From Acetobacteraceae bacterium (lineage in GTDB: Bacteria > Pseudomonadota > Alphaproteobacteria > Acetobacterales > Acetobacteraceae): a DNA stretch of 64,000 nt. The stretch spans positions 984,019-1,048,018 of the forward strand of contig CBDARA010000002.1 of NCBI GenBank assembly GCA_965199345.1, read 5' to 3'. Below the pieces are notes generated by a model that saw nothing but the letters and a program-made list of their open reading frames with translations, was not told the origin of the DNA and did no database searches. Made by a program: the position numbers and the translations under genes. Positions 1-11,227 of the stretch are shown piece after piece; position 1 is the stretch's first letter, and every line of letters starts with the position of its first letter.

Positions 1-193
1 ACCGTGTTCTGAACGCGCTCACGACGCGTCCCTGTCATGCGCCGGGGACCGGCCGTTGATCAGCCTGCGGGGACCGCGGAAGAGGCACTCGGGCGTGCCT
101 TCCTCGGCCCGCCGGGCACGCGGCCGCGAGACGTCGAGCTGCGGGCGTCTCGGCGGCGGGCGAGACGCGACGCCGGACCGTCGAGGTTCGGGG

Positions 194-2026
194 TCACGCG
201 CGGCCCGCGTCGATCGCCTCGCGCTTGATTTCGAGCTCGAGCCAGCGCTCCTCGGCGCCGGCGAGCGAGGCGTTGGTCCGGCCCAGTCGCGCCGTCCGTT
301 CGGCGAAGCCGGCCGGGTCGCGGCGGAACAGGTCCTGGTCGGCGAGCGACGCTTCGAGGCGCGCGATCTCGCCCCTCAGCCGCTCCAGCTCGCGCGGCAG
401 GTTGGCGAGGTCGCGGGTGTCCTTGAACGACATCTTCCGGGGCGCGTCGCGACGCGCGGGATCGGCGCCCGCCCCGCCCGACCGGCCCGGGTCGCCGCGA
501 CCGCGTGCCCCGCCCGCCGGCGCGAAGGGCGAGCGGCCGCCGCGCTGCGCCAGCATGTCGGACCAGCCGCCCGCATACTCGATCCAGCGACCGTCGCCTT
601 CGGCGAGCAGCACCGAGGTCGCGACGCGGTCGAGGAAGTCGCGGTCGTGGCTCACGAGCAGCACGGTGCCGGCATAGGACGACACCAGCTCCTCGAGCAG
701 GTCGAGCGTCTCGAGGTCGAGATCGTTGGTCGGCTCGTCGAGCACCAGGAGGTTCGACGGACCGAGCAGCGCGGTCGCGAGTGCCAGCCGGCCGCGCTCG
801 CCGCCCGACAGGATGCCGACCGGCGTGCGCGCCTGCTCGGGACGGAACAGGAAATCCTTCATCACCCCGATCACGTGCCGCTTCTCGCCGGCGACCTCGA
901 CGGTGTCGCCGCGCCCGCCGGTGAGCGTGTCGGCGAGCGTCGCCGCCGGATCGAGCGCGCGCCGCTGCTGGTCGAGCGTCGCGAGCGCGAGCGAGGCGCC
1001 GCGCACGACCGTGCCGGCCTCGGGCGCGATCAGTCCGGTGAACAGCCCGAGCAGCGTCGACTTGCCGGCGCCGTTCGCGCCCACGATGCCGAGGCGATCG
1101 CCCCGCAGCACGCGAAGCTCGAGGTCGCGGACCAGCGGTGCGGCGCCGGGCCAGGCATGCGTCACGTGCTCGGCGACCACGACCTGCCGGCCGGAAAGCC
1201 CGGCGTCGAGGCTCGTAATCGAGGCGACGCCGGCCCGCGCGGTGGCATCGCGCCGTCTCGCGCGGAGGCCCGCGAGTTCGGCGACCCGGCGCACGTTCCG
1301 CTTGCGGCGCGCCGTCACACCGTAGCGCATCCAGTCCTCCTCGCGGACGATCTGGCGGTCGAGCTTGTGTCGCGCGAGCTCCTCCTCGGCGACCAGCGCG
1401 TCGCGCCACGGCTCGAAATGGGCGAAGCCGCGGTCGAGCCGGCGCGTGCGGCCGCCGTCGAGCCACACGGTCGCGCGGCCGACAGTCGCGAGCAGGCGAC
1501 GATCATGGCTGATCAGGACGAGGCCGGCGCGCATGCCCGCGAGCGTCCGTTCCAGCCATTCGATCGCCGGCAGGTCGAGATGGTTGGTCGGCTCGTCGAG
1601 CAGCAGCAGGTCGGGTTCCGGCGCGATCACCCGGACCAGCGCGGCCCGGCGCGCTTCGCCCCCGGACAGCCCGTCCGGCGTGCGCTCCGGATCGAGGCCG
1701 AGCTCGTCCAGCAGGAGGCGGGCGCGATGGCGGTCGCCGTCCGGTCCTAGCCCGGCCTCGACATAGGCGCCGACCGAAGCGTGGCCGGCCAGGTCCGGCT
1801 CCTGCTGCAACACGCTGACCGTGGTGCCCGGCTGCAAGAAACGTTTGCCGCCGTCGATCGCGACCGTGCCGGCGGCGACGCGAAGGAGGGTCGACTTGCC
1901 GCTGCCGTTGCGGCCCACGAGCGCGATCCGCTCGCCGCTGCCGACCTGAAGGTCGGCGCCGTCGAGGAGCGGGGCGCTGCCGAGGGATAGACGGATGTCT
2001 TGGAGCTGGAGAAGAGGCGGCATCAC
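194..2026 (-). CDS. uup: ABC-F family ATPase, Uup-like (two ABC domains, no TM, helical charged C-terminal tail)
   Basis: 610-aa ORF. Two Walker A motifs (GRNGSGKST, GANGAGKST) and two signatures (LSGGEARR, LSGGERGR). Coiled-coil-like C-terminus (LRGEIARLEASLADQDLF...). Confidence 0.85.
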   Translation of the reverse strand: MMPPLLQLQDIRLSLGSAPLLDGADLQVGSGERIALVGRNGSGKSTLLRVAAGTVAIDGGKRFLQPGTTVSVLQQEPDLAGHASVGAYVEAGLGPDGDRHRARLLLDELGLDPERTPDGLSGGEARRAALVRVIAPEPDLLLLDEPTNHLDLPAIEWLERTLAGMRAGLVLISHDRRLLATVGRATVWLDGGRTRRLDRGFAHFEPWRDALVAEEELARHKLDRQIVREEDWMRYGVTARRKRNVRRVAELAGLRARRRDATARAGVASITSLDAGLSGRQVVVAEHVTHAWPGAAPLVRDLELRVLRGDRLGIVGANGAGKSTLLGLFTGLIAPEAGTVVRGASLALATLDQQRRALDPAATLADTLTGGRGDTVEVAGEKRHVIGVMKDFLFRPEQARTPVGILSGGERGRLALATALLGPSNLLVLDEPTNDLDLETLDLLEELVSSYAGTVLLVSHDRDFLDRVATSVLLAEGDGRWIEYAGGWSDMLAQRGGRSPFAPAGGARGRGDPGRSGGAGADPARRDAPRKMSFKDTRDLANLPRELERLRGEIARLEASLADQDLFRRDPAGFAERTARLGRTNASLAGAEERWLELEIKREAIDAGRA

Positions 2027-2099
2027 TCACGGGAGGTCGGGCATGGCGCAGGCCCCGCCGGGCGGCGGCCGCCTCGGCGACGGGGTTCGCGTTCGGACG

Positions 2100-3518
2100 C
2101 TACTCGATATCGGCCGACGCGTGCAGCACCCGCGGGCTCGGCGCCGCCGCGCCCATCCGGGTGAGCGCCGTGACGAACGAACGCCCCCAACCGAGCGTCG
2201 ACGTGTCGGCGAGCGCCTTGGACAGCGTCTTCCAGCGATCCTGCCGCTCGGGGCGGGTCATCCGGAGCGCGACGTGGAGCGCGTCCGCCATCTCGTCGGC
2301 GTCGTAAGGATTGACCAGCACCGCCGCGCCGAGCTGCCGCGCGGCGCCGGCGAAACGCGACAGCACCAGCACGCCGGGATCCTGCGGATCCTGGGCGGCG
2401 ACGTATTCCTTGGCGACGAGGTTCATGCCGTCGCGAAGCGGCGTGACCAGCCCGACCCGCGCCTCGCGCATGTAGCCGGCGATCGCCTCGCGCGAGACGC
2501 CGCGGGCGAGCAGGCGCACCGGGATCCAGTCGGCCTCGCTCCACTCGCTGTTGATCGCGCCCGAGCGCATGTCGAGTTCCTCGCGAAGCTCGCGATAGGC
2601 CTCGACCTCGGTGCGCGACGAGGCGGCGATCTGCAGGAAGGTGGTGCGCCGGCGCCAGTCCGGGCGTGTCTCGAGCAATCGGCGGAAGCCGGCGAGGCGG
2701 TGCGGCAGACCCTTGGTCGGGTCCATCCGTTCGGCACCGAAGATCAGGGTCTGACCCTGCAGGCTGCGACGGAGCCGTTCCGTCTCGGGCGAGTGCCAGG
2801 CGCTCGCCGCCATGTCGCGGAACTCGGCGAAGTCGATCTCGACCGGATAGCTGCCCAGCCGCACGCGGCGGCCGCCATAGAGCAATCCGCCGCCCGGTTG
2901 GCGCGACGCACCGGCGAAGCGCGACGCCGCGGCGGCGAAATTCTCGACGTCGTTGGCGGTCTGGAAACCGATCAGATCGGCGGCGAGCAGGTCGCGCACC
3001 AGTGCGCTGCCCTCCGGCACCGAACTCAGGATGTCGGGCGACGGGAACGGCACGTGCAGGAAGAAGCCGATCGGGCCCCGGAACCCGCCGTGCCGGAGCG
3101 AGGCGGCCATCGGGACCAGGTGGTAGTCGTGCACCCAGACGATGTCGGTCGGACGCAGCAGCGGCGCGAGCGTGTCGGCCATCCGCTCGTTGACCATGCG
3201 GTAGGTCTGCAGGTTGCGGCGCTCGTAGCTCATGTATTCGAGCAGCGAATGGAGCAGCGGCCAGAGCGTGGTGTTCGAGAAGCCGGTGTAGTAGCGCTCG
3301 TGCTCCTCGCGGGTGAGATCGATCGTCGCGTATTCGACGCCGTCCTGCGCGCGCGTGTGCACCTGGTGGACGTTGCCGTCGGCGGCGATGTTGCCGCTCC
3401 AGCCGAACCAGAGACCGCCGCGCTGCTCCATCAGGGCCTGCAGCGCGACCGCGAGGCCGCCCGCCTTGGCGGCGCCGGCGGCCGGCACGCGGTTCGACAC
3501 CACGACCAGACGCGACAT
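2100..3518 (-). CDS. otsA: alpha,alpha-trehalose-phosphate synthase (GT20)
   Basis: Starts at ATG 3518 ([12 protein letters not shown]...GGLAVAL...LWFGWSG...FLHVPFPS...VNPYD). The upstream part of the 1057-aa track ORF is Arg-rich junk. 472 aa, the normal OtsA length. Confidence 0.9.
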   Translation of the reverse strand: MSRLVVVSNRVPAAGAAKAGGLAVALQALMEQRGGLWFGWSGNIAADGNVHQVHTRAQDGVEYATIDLTREEHERYYTGFSNTTLWPLLHSLLEYMSYERRNLQTYRMVNERMADTLAPLLRPTDIVWVHDYHLVPMAASLRHGGFRGPIGFFLHVPFPSPDILSSVPEGSALVRDLLAADLIGFQTANDVENFAAAASRFAGASRQPGGGLLYGGRRVRLGSYPVEIDFAEFRDMAASAWHSPETERLRRSLQGQTLIFGAERMDPTKGLPHRLAGFRRLLETRPDWRRRTTFLQIAASSRTEVEAYRELREELDMRSGAINSEWSEADWIPVRLLARGVSREAIAGYMREARVGLVTPLRDGMNLVAKEYVAAQDPQDPGVLVLSRFAGAARQLGAAVLVNPYDADEMADALHVALRMTRPERQDRWKTLSKALADTSTLGWGRSFVTALTRMGAAAPSPRVLHASADIE

Positions 3519-3637
3519 CGGGTTGTCGCTCGCCGGCGCGATGCCCGGCACGTCCGGCTGTCCAGCTGCCCGCATGTCCGGCGCTCCGCCCCTGGCCGAC
3601 GCAACGTGAGCCTGCCGGTCCGGTTCCAAACGCCCGC

Positions 3638-5641
3638 TCACGCGCCGGTCCGGCGTGTCGCGTCGAGCAGCGCGAGGCGCCTGGTCACGTGCTCGCTGTC
3701 GAGCAGCGTCTCGGCGTCGCCCGGCAGGCGTCGGCGCCAGTTCGGATGCTCGGTGGTCGTTCCGGGCAGGTTCGGAGCCTCCTCGAGTGCCAGCGCGTCC
3801 TCGATCGGCAGCATCGCCAGTTCGCACGCGGTGCGTCCGAGGAAGGAGACCGCCGCGTCGGCGACGCGATGGCCGTCCCATTCCGCGGGCAGCGTGCCTT
3901 CGGCCGCCTCGTTCTCGCACATCGCGCCCCAGATCGCCTCCCGCGCGCTCGCGCGCTCGGCACGCGCGCCCTCGACGTCGCGGCCGAGTTTCTCGTTCCA
4001 GTCGATGTCGCGGCCGCGCCACCAGCCCGACACGGTCGCGAGGTCGTGGGTGCTGGTCATTGCCGAGGCCTGACGCGGCCAGTCGCGCGGCGCCCTGAAG
4101 CGGCCGGACGTCTCGTGCTCGAACCAGAGCACGCGCATGCCGTCGATGCCGGCGGCGCGAAGCCGGTCGGAGAACCCTTCCGGCACCGTGCCGAGATCCT
4201 CGGCCAGCACGATGCCCTGGTGGCGTTGCGATTCGATGCGCAGCAGCCGCATCAGATCGGCCTCGGGCATCGCGAGATAGGTGCCGTCCGCCGAGGAGTG
4301 GCCGTTCGGCACGACCCAGAGCCGGTTCAGGCCCATCGCATGGTCGATGCGGACGCCGCCCGCGTTGCGGAGGGCGGCGCGCACCATCTCGATGAAGGCG
4401 CGGAAGCCGTGCGCGCGGAGCCCGTGCGGCGAGAACGCGGTGATGCCCCAGTCCTGCCCTTCCGGCGCGAGCAGGTCGGGGGGTGCGCCGACCGTGAGCC
4501 CGAGCAGCGTCTCGGCCGGCCGGCTCCAGCAGTGCGAACCGCCGGAATCCGCGCCCACCGCGAGATCCGACACCAGGCCGACCGCCATGCCGGCGCGTCG
4601 TGCCTGCTCCTGGGCGGCGTCGAGACCGTGCTCGATCCGGTACTGCATCCAGGCGTGCAGCGCGACCTCGTCGGCGTGCTCGCGCGCGAACGACGCGACG
4701 GCCGCGGACGCGTGGACGCGGTGCGCGTCCGGCCAGTCGCGCCAGTGCCACGGCCCGTGCCCGCCTGCGAAATGATGCCGGTGCAGCGTCTCGAAGCGGG
4801 CGTGCAGCTCGACGCTGTCGTCGGCCGTGCGGCGCCAGGCCAGGAACGCGGGGTCGTCGCGTCCGGCGCGCTCGAACTCGCGCCGGAGTGCCGCGAGGCG
4901 GAGCCGGCCGGCGCGCGGCCAGTCGACGAGTGCTGCGCCTTCGAGCTCGGCCGCCTCCTCGCCCTCGAGCTCGACCGCCGCGTGCAGCACGTTCCGGAGC
5001 ACCCGCGACGACGGCGCGTAGGGGCTGAAGCGATCGGGATCGGCGGAGAACTGGGCGTGGACCGGGCTGATCGAGAGCGCGTCCGCCCCGCGCGAGGCGG
5101 CGGCGCGCGCGAACCGCGCCAGTGCCTCGACATCGCCGAGACCGCCGTCGCCCGGGCGGCGGAGCGCGTAGAGCTGCGCCGACAGACCCCAGCAGCGCGT
5201 GTCCGTGCGGCCGGCCCGGCGCAGCGCGTCGGCGATGGTGAAGCAGGCGGCCGGCGCGATCGCGAGGATGCATTCCTCGCCGCCCGTCTCGAGCCGGTGG
5301 TAACCGGTCGTCGCGGGCGCCTCGAAGCCGGCACCGCCGGCGCCGTCCGAGAGCACGCCCTCGACCCGCTCGAAACTGTCGAGATGGACGACGTAGGCCT
5401 GGCCGACCGCACCGTCCGGCACGGGCGTGTGGCCGCCGGCATCGGCGGTCAGCAGCGGCGGCAGCCCGTCCGCGCCGCCGAGACCGCCGTCCTCCGGCGC
5501 GGCCGACCCCGCCAGTCCGAGCGCGTCGAGCACGAGCCGAAGCGTGTCGACGGTCACGTGCTTGGTCTTGCCGAACGCGTCGGTCCAGTTGGACGCAAGC
5601 CCCGCGGCGCGGGCCCGCGATCGTGTCTCGTCGTCGTTCAT
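3638..5641 (-). CDS. malQ: 4-alpha-glucanotransferase (amylomaltase, GH77)
   Basis: 667-aa ORF with a GH77-like core (ISPVHAQFSADPDRFSPYAPSSR, DLAVGADSGGSHCW, RIDHAMGLNRLWVVP, LAEDLGTVPEGF). Confidence 0.9.
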   Translation of the reverse strand: MNDDETRSRARAAGLASNWTDAFGKTKHVTVDTLRLVLDALGLAGSAAPEDGGLGGADGLPPLLTADAGGHTPVPDGAVGQAYVVHLDSFERVEGVLSDGAGGAGFEAPATTGYHRLETGGEECILAIAPAACFTIADALRRAGRTDTRCWGLSAQLYALRRPGDGGLGDVEALARFARAAASRGADALSISPVHAQFSADPDRFSPYAPSSRVLRNVLHAAVELEGEEAAELEGAALVDWPRAGRLRLAALRREFERAGRDDPAFLAWRRTADDSVELHARFETLHRHHFAGGHGPWHWRDWPDAHRVHASAAVASFAREHADEVALHAWMQYRIEHGLDAAQEQARRAGMAVGLVSDLAVGADSGGSHCWSRPAETLLGLTVGAPPDLLAPEGQDWGITAFSPHGLRAHGFRAFIEMVRAALRNAGGVRIDHAMGLNRLWVVPNGHSSADGTYLAMPEADLMRLLRIESQRHQGIVLAEDLGTVPEGFSDRLRAAGIDGMRVLWFEHETSGRFRAPRDWPRQASAMTSTHDLATVSGWWRGRDIDWNEKLGRDVEGARAERASAREAIWGAMCENEAAEGTLPAEWDGHRVADAAVSFLGRTACELAMLPIEDALALEEAPNLPGTTTEHPNWRRRLPGDAETLLDSEHVTRRLALLDATRRTGA

Positions 5642-5666
5642 CGGCCGCTCACCCGCAACTGGACTG

Positions 5667-7868
5667 TCATCCGCCTCGCACGAGTATGAGTGTCGACAAA
5701 GGCGGCAGCGTCAACGACACGCTGTGCGGCAGTTCGTGGCTCGGCACGTCGACGGCGTGGACGCCGCCATTGTTGCCGACGTTCGAGCCGCCGTAGCCGC
5801 CCGCGTCGGTGTTGATGATTTCGCTCCAGAAACCCGGCTCGGGCACGCCGAGGCGATACTCGTGCCGCGGCACCGGCGTGAGGTTGCAGACGACGAGGGC
5901 GGGCGGCGCCTCGGGTGCGGTGCGGAGCCAGGCGTAGACGCTCTGATCGGCATCGTGCAGCACCACCCAGCGAAACCCGTCCGGCTCGGCGTCGCGCGCG
6001 TGCAGCGCGCGATGGTGGCGGTAGGTGTGGTTCAGATCGGCGACGAGCCGCTGCACGCCCTGCCGCGCGGGATCGTCGAGCGAGAACCAGTCGAGCCCGC
6101 GGTCATGGTTCCACTCGCGCTCCTGCGCGATCTCGCCGCCCATGAACAGCAGCTTCTTGCCCGGATGCCCCCACATGAAGCCGTAGTAGGCGCGAAGATT
6201 GGCGAAACGCTGCCAGGCATCGCCCGGCATCTTGCCGATCATCGAGCCTTTTCCGTAGACGACCTCGTCGTGCGACAGCGGCAGCACGAAGCGTTCCGAG
6301 AAGGCGTAGACGAGACCGAACGAGATCTCGCCGTGATGCCAGCGCCGATGGACCGGTGCCTCCTCGAAATAGTGCAGCGTGTCGTGCATCCACCCCATGT
6401 TCCACTTGAAGTCGAAGCCGAGCCCGCCCTCGTCGGCCGGGCGCGTGACGCCGGGGAAGGCGGTGCTCTCCTCGGCGACCAGGATCGCGCCGGGAACCCG
6501 CGCGCGCACCGCTCGCGACAGATCCTGCAGGAACGAGATCGATTCGAGGTTCTCCCGGCCGCCGTACTGGTTCGGGATCCATTCGCCGTCCTTGCGGGAA
6601 TAGTCGCGGTAGAGCATGGACGCGACCGCGTCGACGCGGAGACCGTCGACGTGCCAGAACTCGAGCCAGTGCAGGGCCGAGCCGATCATGAAGTTTCGCA
6701 CCTCATGACGGCCGAGATTGAAGATGTAGGTGTTCCAATCCTGGTGGAATCCCTCGCGCGGGTCCTCGTGCTCGTAGAGCGCGGTGCCGTCGAAACGGGC
6801 GAGGCCGTGCGCGTCGGTCGGAAAATGCGCCGGCACCCAGTCGAGCAGCACGCCGATGCCGGACCGATGGCATCGATCGACGAAGCGGCCGAAACCTTCG
6901 GTCGGCCCGAGGCGTGCCTGCGGCGCGAATTGTCCGAGCGGCTGGTAGCCCCATGAGCCACCGAACGGGTGCTCCATGACCGGCATCAGCTCGAGATGGG
7001 TGAAGCCCATCGCCGACGCGTAGGCGACCAATCGGTCGGCGAGGTCGTCCCAACCGATATTGCCGCCCTCGGACGCGGGCAGCCACGACGTCGCATGGAC
7101 CTCGTAGATGCTGATCGGCGCGTCGGCGGCCTGACGTGCCGCGCGACCGGCGAGCCAGCCGCTATCCGACCAGGTGGGATGCGGATCGGCGACGATCGAC
7201 GCGGTCGCCGGCGGCACTTCGGCGGCCCAGGCGCAGGGATCGGCACGGAGCGGCAGCAGCTCGCCCCAGGGGCCGATCAGCTCGTATTTGTAGGCGACAC
7301 CGACACCGATCCTCGGGATGAAGAGCTCCCAGACGCCGCCGATGCCGCGTCGACGCATCGGGTGGCAGCGTCCATCCCAGCCGTTGAACGGCCCGACGAC
7401 GGAGACGCGCCGCGCGTTCGGTGCCCACACCGTGAAGCGAACGCCGTCGATGCCGTCGACCGCCATCACGTGCGCGCCCATGACGCCGGCGTAGTCGAGA
7501 TGACGTCCTTCGCCGAGAAGGTGAAGGTCGAGATCTCCCAGGATGGGACCGAAGGCGTAGGGGTCTTCGGTCTCGATCGTCTCGCCGTTCGAGACGATGC
7601 GGAGCAGGTAGGCATCATCCGACGCGAGCAGGGCGCTCCAGAGCCCGTCGGCGTGGACGCGTGCCATGCGCGCGAGCACGAGGCCCGAAGCGCGGCCGAC
7701 GATCTCGACCTGCTCGGCGCGCGGCACGAAGCACCGGACGACCAGGCCTTCGGGGCCGTGATGCGGACCGAGCAGCGAGAACGGGTCGCCGTGGCGGGCC
7801 GCGAGCAGGCTCGCGACCGCGTTCGGGTCCGGTGCCGGGCCGGAAGGGGAGGAAACCACCTGATCCAT
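5667..7868 (-). CDS. glgB: 1,4-alpha-glucan branching enzyme (GH13)
   Basis: 733 aa. Motifs [46 protein letters not shown]. Confidence 0.95.
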   Translation of the reverse strand: MDQVVSSPSGPAPDPNAVASLLAARHGDPFSLLGPHHGPEGLVVRCFVPRAEQVEIVGRASGLVLARMARVHADGLWSALLASDDAYLLRIVSNGETIETEDPYAFGPILGDLDLHLLGEGRHLDYAGVMGAHVMAVDGIDGVRFTVWAPNARRVSVVGPFNGWDGRCHPMRRRGIGGVWELFIPRIGVGVAYKYELIGPWGELLPLRADPCAWAAEVPPATASIVADPHPTWSDSGWLAGRAARQAADAPISIYEVHATSWLPASEGGNIGWDDLADRLVAYASAMGFTHLELMPVMEHPFGGSWGYQPLGQFAPQARLGPTEGFGRFVDRCHRSGIGVLLDWVPAHFPTDAHGLARFDGTALYEHEDPREGFHQDWNTYIFNLGRHEVRNFMIGSALHWLEFWHVDGLRVDAVASMLYRDYSRKDGEWIPNQYGGRENLESISFLQDLSRAVRARVPGAILVAEESTAFPGVTRPADEGGLGFDFKWNMGWMHDTLHYFEEAPVHRRWHHGEISFGLVYAFSERFVLPLSHDEVVYGKGSMIGKMPGDAWQRFANLRAYYGFMWGHPGKKLLFMGGEIAQEREWNHDRGLDWFSLDDPARQGVQRLVADLNHTYRHHRALHARDAEPDGFRWVVLHDADQSVYAWLRTAPEAPPALVVCNLTPVPRHEYRLGVPEPGFWSEIINTDAGGYGGSNVGNNGGVHAVDVPSHELPHSVSLTLPPLSTLILVRGG

Positions 7869-7880
7869 GTCTCACCCGTC

Positions 7881-10800
7881 CTATGCGCGCGCGGGAAGCA
7901 GGCGGTCGACGATCGCCGCCAATCCCCGAAGCGGGATGGGCAGCCAGGCCGGCCGGTTGCTCGCCTCGTAGCGGATTTCGTAAGCAGCCTTCTCGATCAG
8001 GAACAGATCGAGCAGCTTGGCCTCGTTCGTCGGCCCGACCCAGGGGTTCCGGCTCGCGGCGAGGACGGCCTGGTAGCTGTCGCGGAAGACGGTGACCGAG
8101 ACGTCCCGGAACGCCGCCAGCAACTGCGCCTTGCGCTCGGCGCCGAGCGCGGTCGTCGCTTCGGCGCGCATGTCCGCCGATGCCGCCGCGTAATCGAGCG
8201 AGCGCAGCATGCCGGCGACGTCCCGCAGCGGGCAGGAATGCGCGCGCCGCTCGTCCATCGTCTTCGCGGGCTCGCCCTCGAAATCGATCAGGTAGGCGTC
8301 GGAGCCCGTCACCAGGACCTGACCGAGATGGAAGTCGCCGTGCACGCGGGTCGCGAGCGCGCCGTCGGCCTCGCGGGCGAGTTGACGCAGAAGATCGCGG
8401 ATCGCGGCGGCACGCGCGATCAGCGCGGTCGCGATGTGGCGGTCGTCGTCGCCGATCGGGCCTTCCCGCTCCAGCAAGCGCGCGAGTTGCACCATCGCGC
8501 CGTCGACCTGCGCCACCGCGCCGTCCGCCCATTCCTCGCGTTCGGCGAGACCGGCGACGCGAGGCGCGAAATCGACCTGATCGGTCGGCGACGACAGGAT
8601 GTCGTGCAGCTCGGCGAGGCGTCGGCCGACCGCGGCGATGAACGGCTGGTAGCCGTCGAATGCTTCGGCGGCGACGATGGCGTTCTCTTCCGGGGATTGC
8701 GGGCCGTGATCGTCGGCGACGCGCGCGATGTAGTCGAGCGTCCAGCCCCAGCCGTCGCCCTGGTTGCGGACGAAGCCCTGCAACAGGATCACCGTGTGCG
8801 GCACGCCGTCCGGGCCGATCCGCACGACATCGCCGAACAGCGGCGCCGTGTTGCCGAAGCCACGCTCGGTCAGGTAGCGGGTGATCTCGCCCTCGGGGTG
8901 GACGCCCGCCAGCACCTTCCGGATCACTTTCAGCACGATCAGGTCGTCAATGATTTCCGAGCTGTTCGACTGCTCGGCCGACAATCGGCGGATGGTCGGC
9001 TGGTCGCTCAGCTCCACCGCGTCGAAGGTTGGTCCCTTGCGGAACACGAGCTCGCCGCCGGATGGAAGCGCGTAACGCTCCTCGCGCCGCATCGCGTCGA
9101 GGATGGCGAGCGTGAAGTCGTCGGACGCGAACCCGTCGGTGAGGAAGCCCACCAGGGCCACGCGGCGGATCCGGCTCAGCGCCAAATTGTGCACGAGCGG
9201 ATCGTTGACCGTTTCGGCGACCGCGCCGAGCGGCAGCACGTAGTGCTCGATCCGCTCGCCGACCCGCACCTCGATCTCGGTCAGCACGGTGCGGTTGTTC
9301 CGCCGCCGATCGAGCGTCACCGCGTAGGCGAAGCGCGCGAGCTCGATCCGCTCGCCCTTCGAGCCGAACCAGCGGCGCTTGCCGAGATATTCCGGCAGGA
9401 CGTTCTGCAGCATGTCGCGCTGGCGAGGGTTTTCGAAGATCTCGCCGACCGACGACCGCACGACCAACGTCTGCAGGTCGGGCAGCGGCTCGGGCGCGGA
9501 CGCGTGCCACTCCGGCATGTCCTCGCGTGCGGCGAGCAGGAACCAGTAGAACGCGTAGGGCGGCAGCGTGAGCAGGTAGTGGAGCTGACCGATCGGCGGG
9601 AAGATCGAGCCACCGACCACGTCGACCGGTACGCGACCCTCGAACTCGCGCAGGTCGAGCTCGACCGCCTGCGCGGTGCGCGAGATGTTCGACACGCAAA
9701 GGATCACCTCGTGCGTCGCGCCGCTGTCATACTCGCGGAGATAGGCGAGGACCTTGCGGTTCGACGGGTAAAGGAAGCGTTGCGCGCCGCGTCCGAACGC
9801 GATGTGGCGGCGGCGGACGGCGAGCATCCGGCGCATCCAGTTCAGCAGCGAGTGACTGTCGGCGGACTGCGCTTCGACGTTGACGGCCATGTAGCCGTAG
9901 ATCGCGTCCATGATCGGCGGCAGCACGAGGCTTGCGGGGTCGGCACGCGAGAAACCGCCGTTGCGATCGATCGACCACTGCATGGGCGTCCGCACGCCGT
10001 CGCGGTCGCCGAGATGGATGTTGTCGCCCATCCCGATCTCGTCGCCGTAATAGATGACCGGCGTGCCGGGCATCGAGAGCAGCATGCCGTTCATCAGCTC
10101 GACGCGGCGTCGGTCACGCTGCAGCAGGGGCGCGAGACGCCGGCGGATGCCGAGATTGATCCGGGCGCGCTTGTCGGACGCGTAGGTCTCCCAAAGGTAG
10201 TCGCGCTCCGACGAGGTGACCATCTCGAGCGTCAGCTCGTCGTGGTTGCGGAGGAAGATCGCCCATTGGCAGTTGTCGGGGATTTCCGGCGTCTGGCGCA
10301 TGATGTCGGTGATCGGAAACCGGTCCTCCCGGGCGATCGCCATGTACATGCGCGGCATCAGCGGAAAATGGAACGCCATCTGGCATTCGTCGCCTTCGCC
10401 GAAATAGTACTGCACGTCCTCCGGCCACATGTTGGCTTCGGCGAGCAGCATCACGCCGGGTGCCGACACGTCGAGCTCGGCACGGATCTTCTTGATGATC
10501 GCATGGGTCTCGGGAAGGTTCTCGTTCGTGGTGCCGTCGCGCTCGACCAGGTAGGGCACGGCATCGAGCCTGAGGCCGTCGACACCGAGGTCGCACCAGA
10601 ACCGCATCACCGAAAGGACTTCGTCGAGCACGTGAGGATTGTCGAAGTTGAGGTCCGGCTGATGGCTGTAGAAACGATGCCAGTAGTAGGCCCCGGCGAC
10701 GTCGTCCCACGCCCAGTTCGACTTCTCGGTGTCGAGGAAAATGATACGCGTCTCGTTGTATTTGTCGTCGGTGTCGGACCAGACGTAGAAATCGCGCTCG

Positions 10801-11213
10801 GGCGAGCCCTGCGGCGCATGGCGCGCGCGCTGGAACCACGGATGCTGGTCGGAGGTGTGGTTGATGACGAGTTCGGTGATCACTCGCAAGCCGAGTTCGT
10901 GGGCTTTCTCGATAAACTCCCGCAGCTGCTCGATCGTGCCGTAGTCGTCCGACACGCCGCGGTAATCCGAGATGTCGTAGCCGTCGTCGCGTCGTGGTGA
11001 GGGATAGAACGGCAGCATCCAGATCGCGGTGACACCGAGTTCGGCGATGTAGTCGAGCTTCGCCAGCAATCCCGAGATGTCGCCGATGCCGTCGTTGTTG
11101 CCGTCAAAAAACGATTTTACGTGCACCTGATAGATGATCGCGTCCTTGTACCAGAGCGGATCGTCGATGTTGGTCGGGTGACGTGGAACGGTCGTCGTCG
11201 TCGTGATGCTCAT
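7881..11213 (-). CDS. treS: fused trehalose synthase / maltokinase (TreS-Pep2)
   Basis: 1110 aa. N-terminal GH13 TreS (WYKDAIIYQVHVKSFFD...GYDISDYRGV...LRLDAVPYL). C-terminal kinase-like maltokinase (HGDFHLGQVLV...IDFEGEP). Confidence 0.92.
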   Translation of the reverse strand: MSITTTTTVPRHPTNIDDPLWYKDAIIYQVHVKSFFDGNNDGIGDISGLLAKLDYIAELGVTAIWMLPFYPSPRRDDGYDISDYRGVSDDYGTIEQLREFIEKAHELGLRVITELVINHTSDQHPWFQRARHAPQGSPERDFYVWSDTDDKYNETRIIFLDTEKSNWAWDDVAGAYYWHRFYSHQPDLNFDNPHVLDEVLSVMRFWCDLGVDGLRLDAVPYLVERDGTTNENLPETHAIIKKIRAELDVSAPGVMLLAEANMWPEDVQYYFGEGDECQMAFHFPLMPRMYMAIAREDRFPITDIMRQTPEIPDNCQWAIFLRNHDELTLEMVTSSERDYLWETYASDKRARINLGIRRRLAPLLQRDRRRVELMNGMLLSMPGTPVIYYGDEIGMGDNIHLGDRDGVRTPMQWSIDRNGGFSRADPASLVLPPIMDAIYGYMAVNVEAQSADSHSLLNWMRRMLAVRRRHIAFGRGAQRFLYPSNRKVLAYLREYDSGATHEVILCVSNISRTAQAVELDLREFEGRVPVDVVGGSIFPPIGQLHYLLTLPPYAFYWFLLAAREDMPEWHASAPEPLPDLQTLVVRSSVGEIFENPRQRDMLQNVLPEYLGKRRWFGSKGERIELARFAYAVTLDRRRNNRTVLTEIEVRVGERIEHYVLPLGAVAETVNDPLVHNLALSRIRRVALVGFLTDGFASDDFTLAILDAMRREERYALPSGGELVFRKGPTFDAVELSDQPTIRRLSAEQSNSSEIIDDLIVLKVIRKVLAGVHPEGEITRYLTERGFGNTAPLFGDVVRIGPDGVPHTVILLQGFVRNQGDGWGWTLDYIARVADDHGPQSPEENAIVAAEAFDGYQPFIAAVGRRLAELHDILSSPTDQVDFAPRVAGLAEREEWADGAVAQVDGAMVQLARLLEREGPIGDDDRHIATALIARAAAIRDLLRQLAREADGALATRVHGDFHLGQVLVTGSDAYLIDFEGEPAKTMDERRAHSCPLRDVAGMLRSLDYAAASADMRAEATTALGAERKAQLLAAFRDVSVTVFRDSYQAVLAASRNPWVGPTNEAKLLDLFLIEKAAYEIRYEASNRPAWLPIPLRGLAAIVDRLLPARA

Positions 11214-11227
11214 GGACTACCAGTTGA

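Noticed and set aside
3519-5273. N-terminal extension of the otsA ORF (1057 aa in the track). The gpx, gpt, csaA, cupin, thioredoxin, GNAT, AIR-synthase-like and sll0783-like ORFs have similar extensions.
   Set aside because: The upstream parts are Arg-rich and overlap neighbouring genes. Internal ATGs with Shine-Dalgarno sequences give products of the family-typical length.
56-11000. Long plus-strand ORFs opposite the uup and glgE-otsA genes (56-1750, 1995-4073, 3689-5689, 5427-6956, 6969-11000).
   Set aside because: The translations are Arg/Gly/Pro/Asp-rich with no motifs. Each lies antisense to an ORF with clear family signatures. This is the typical open antisense frame of 70% GC DNA.
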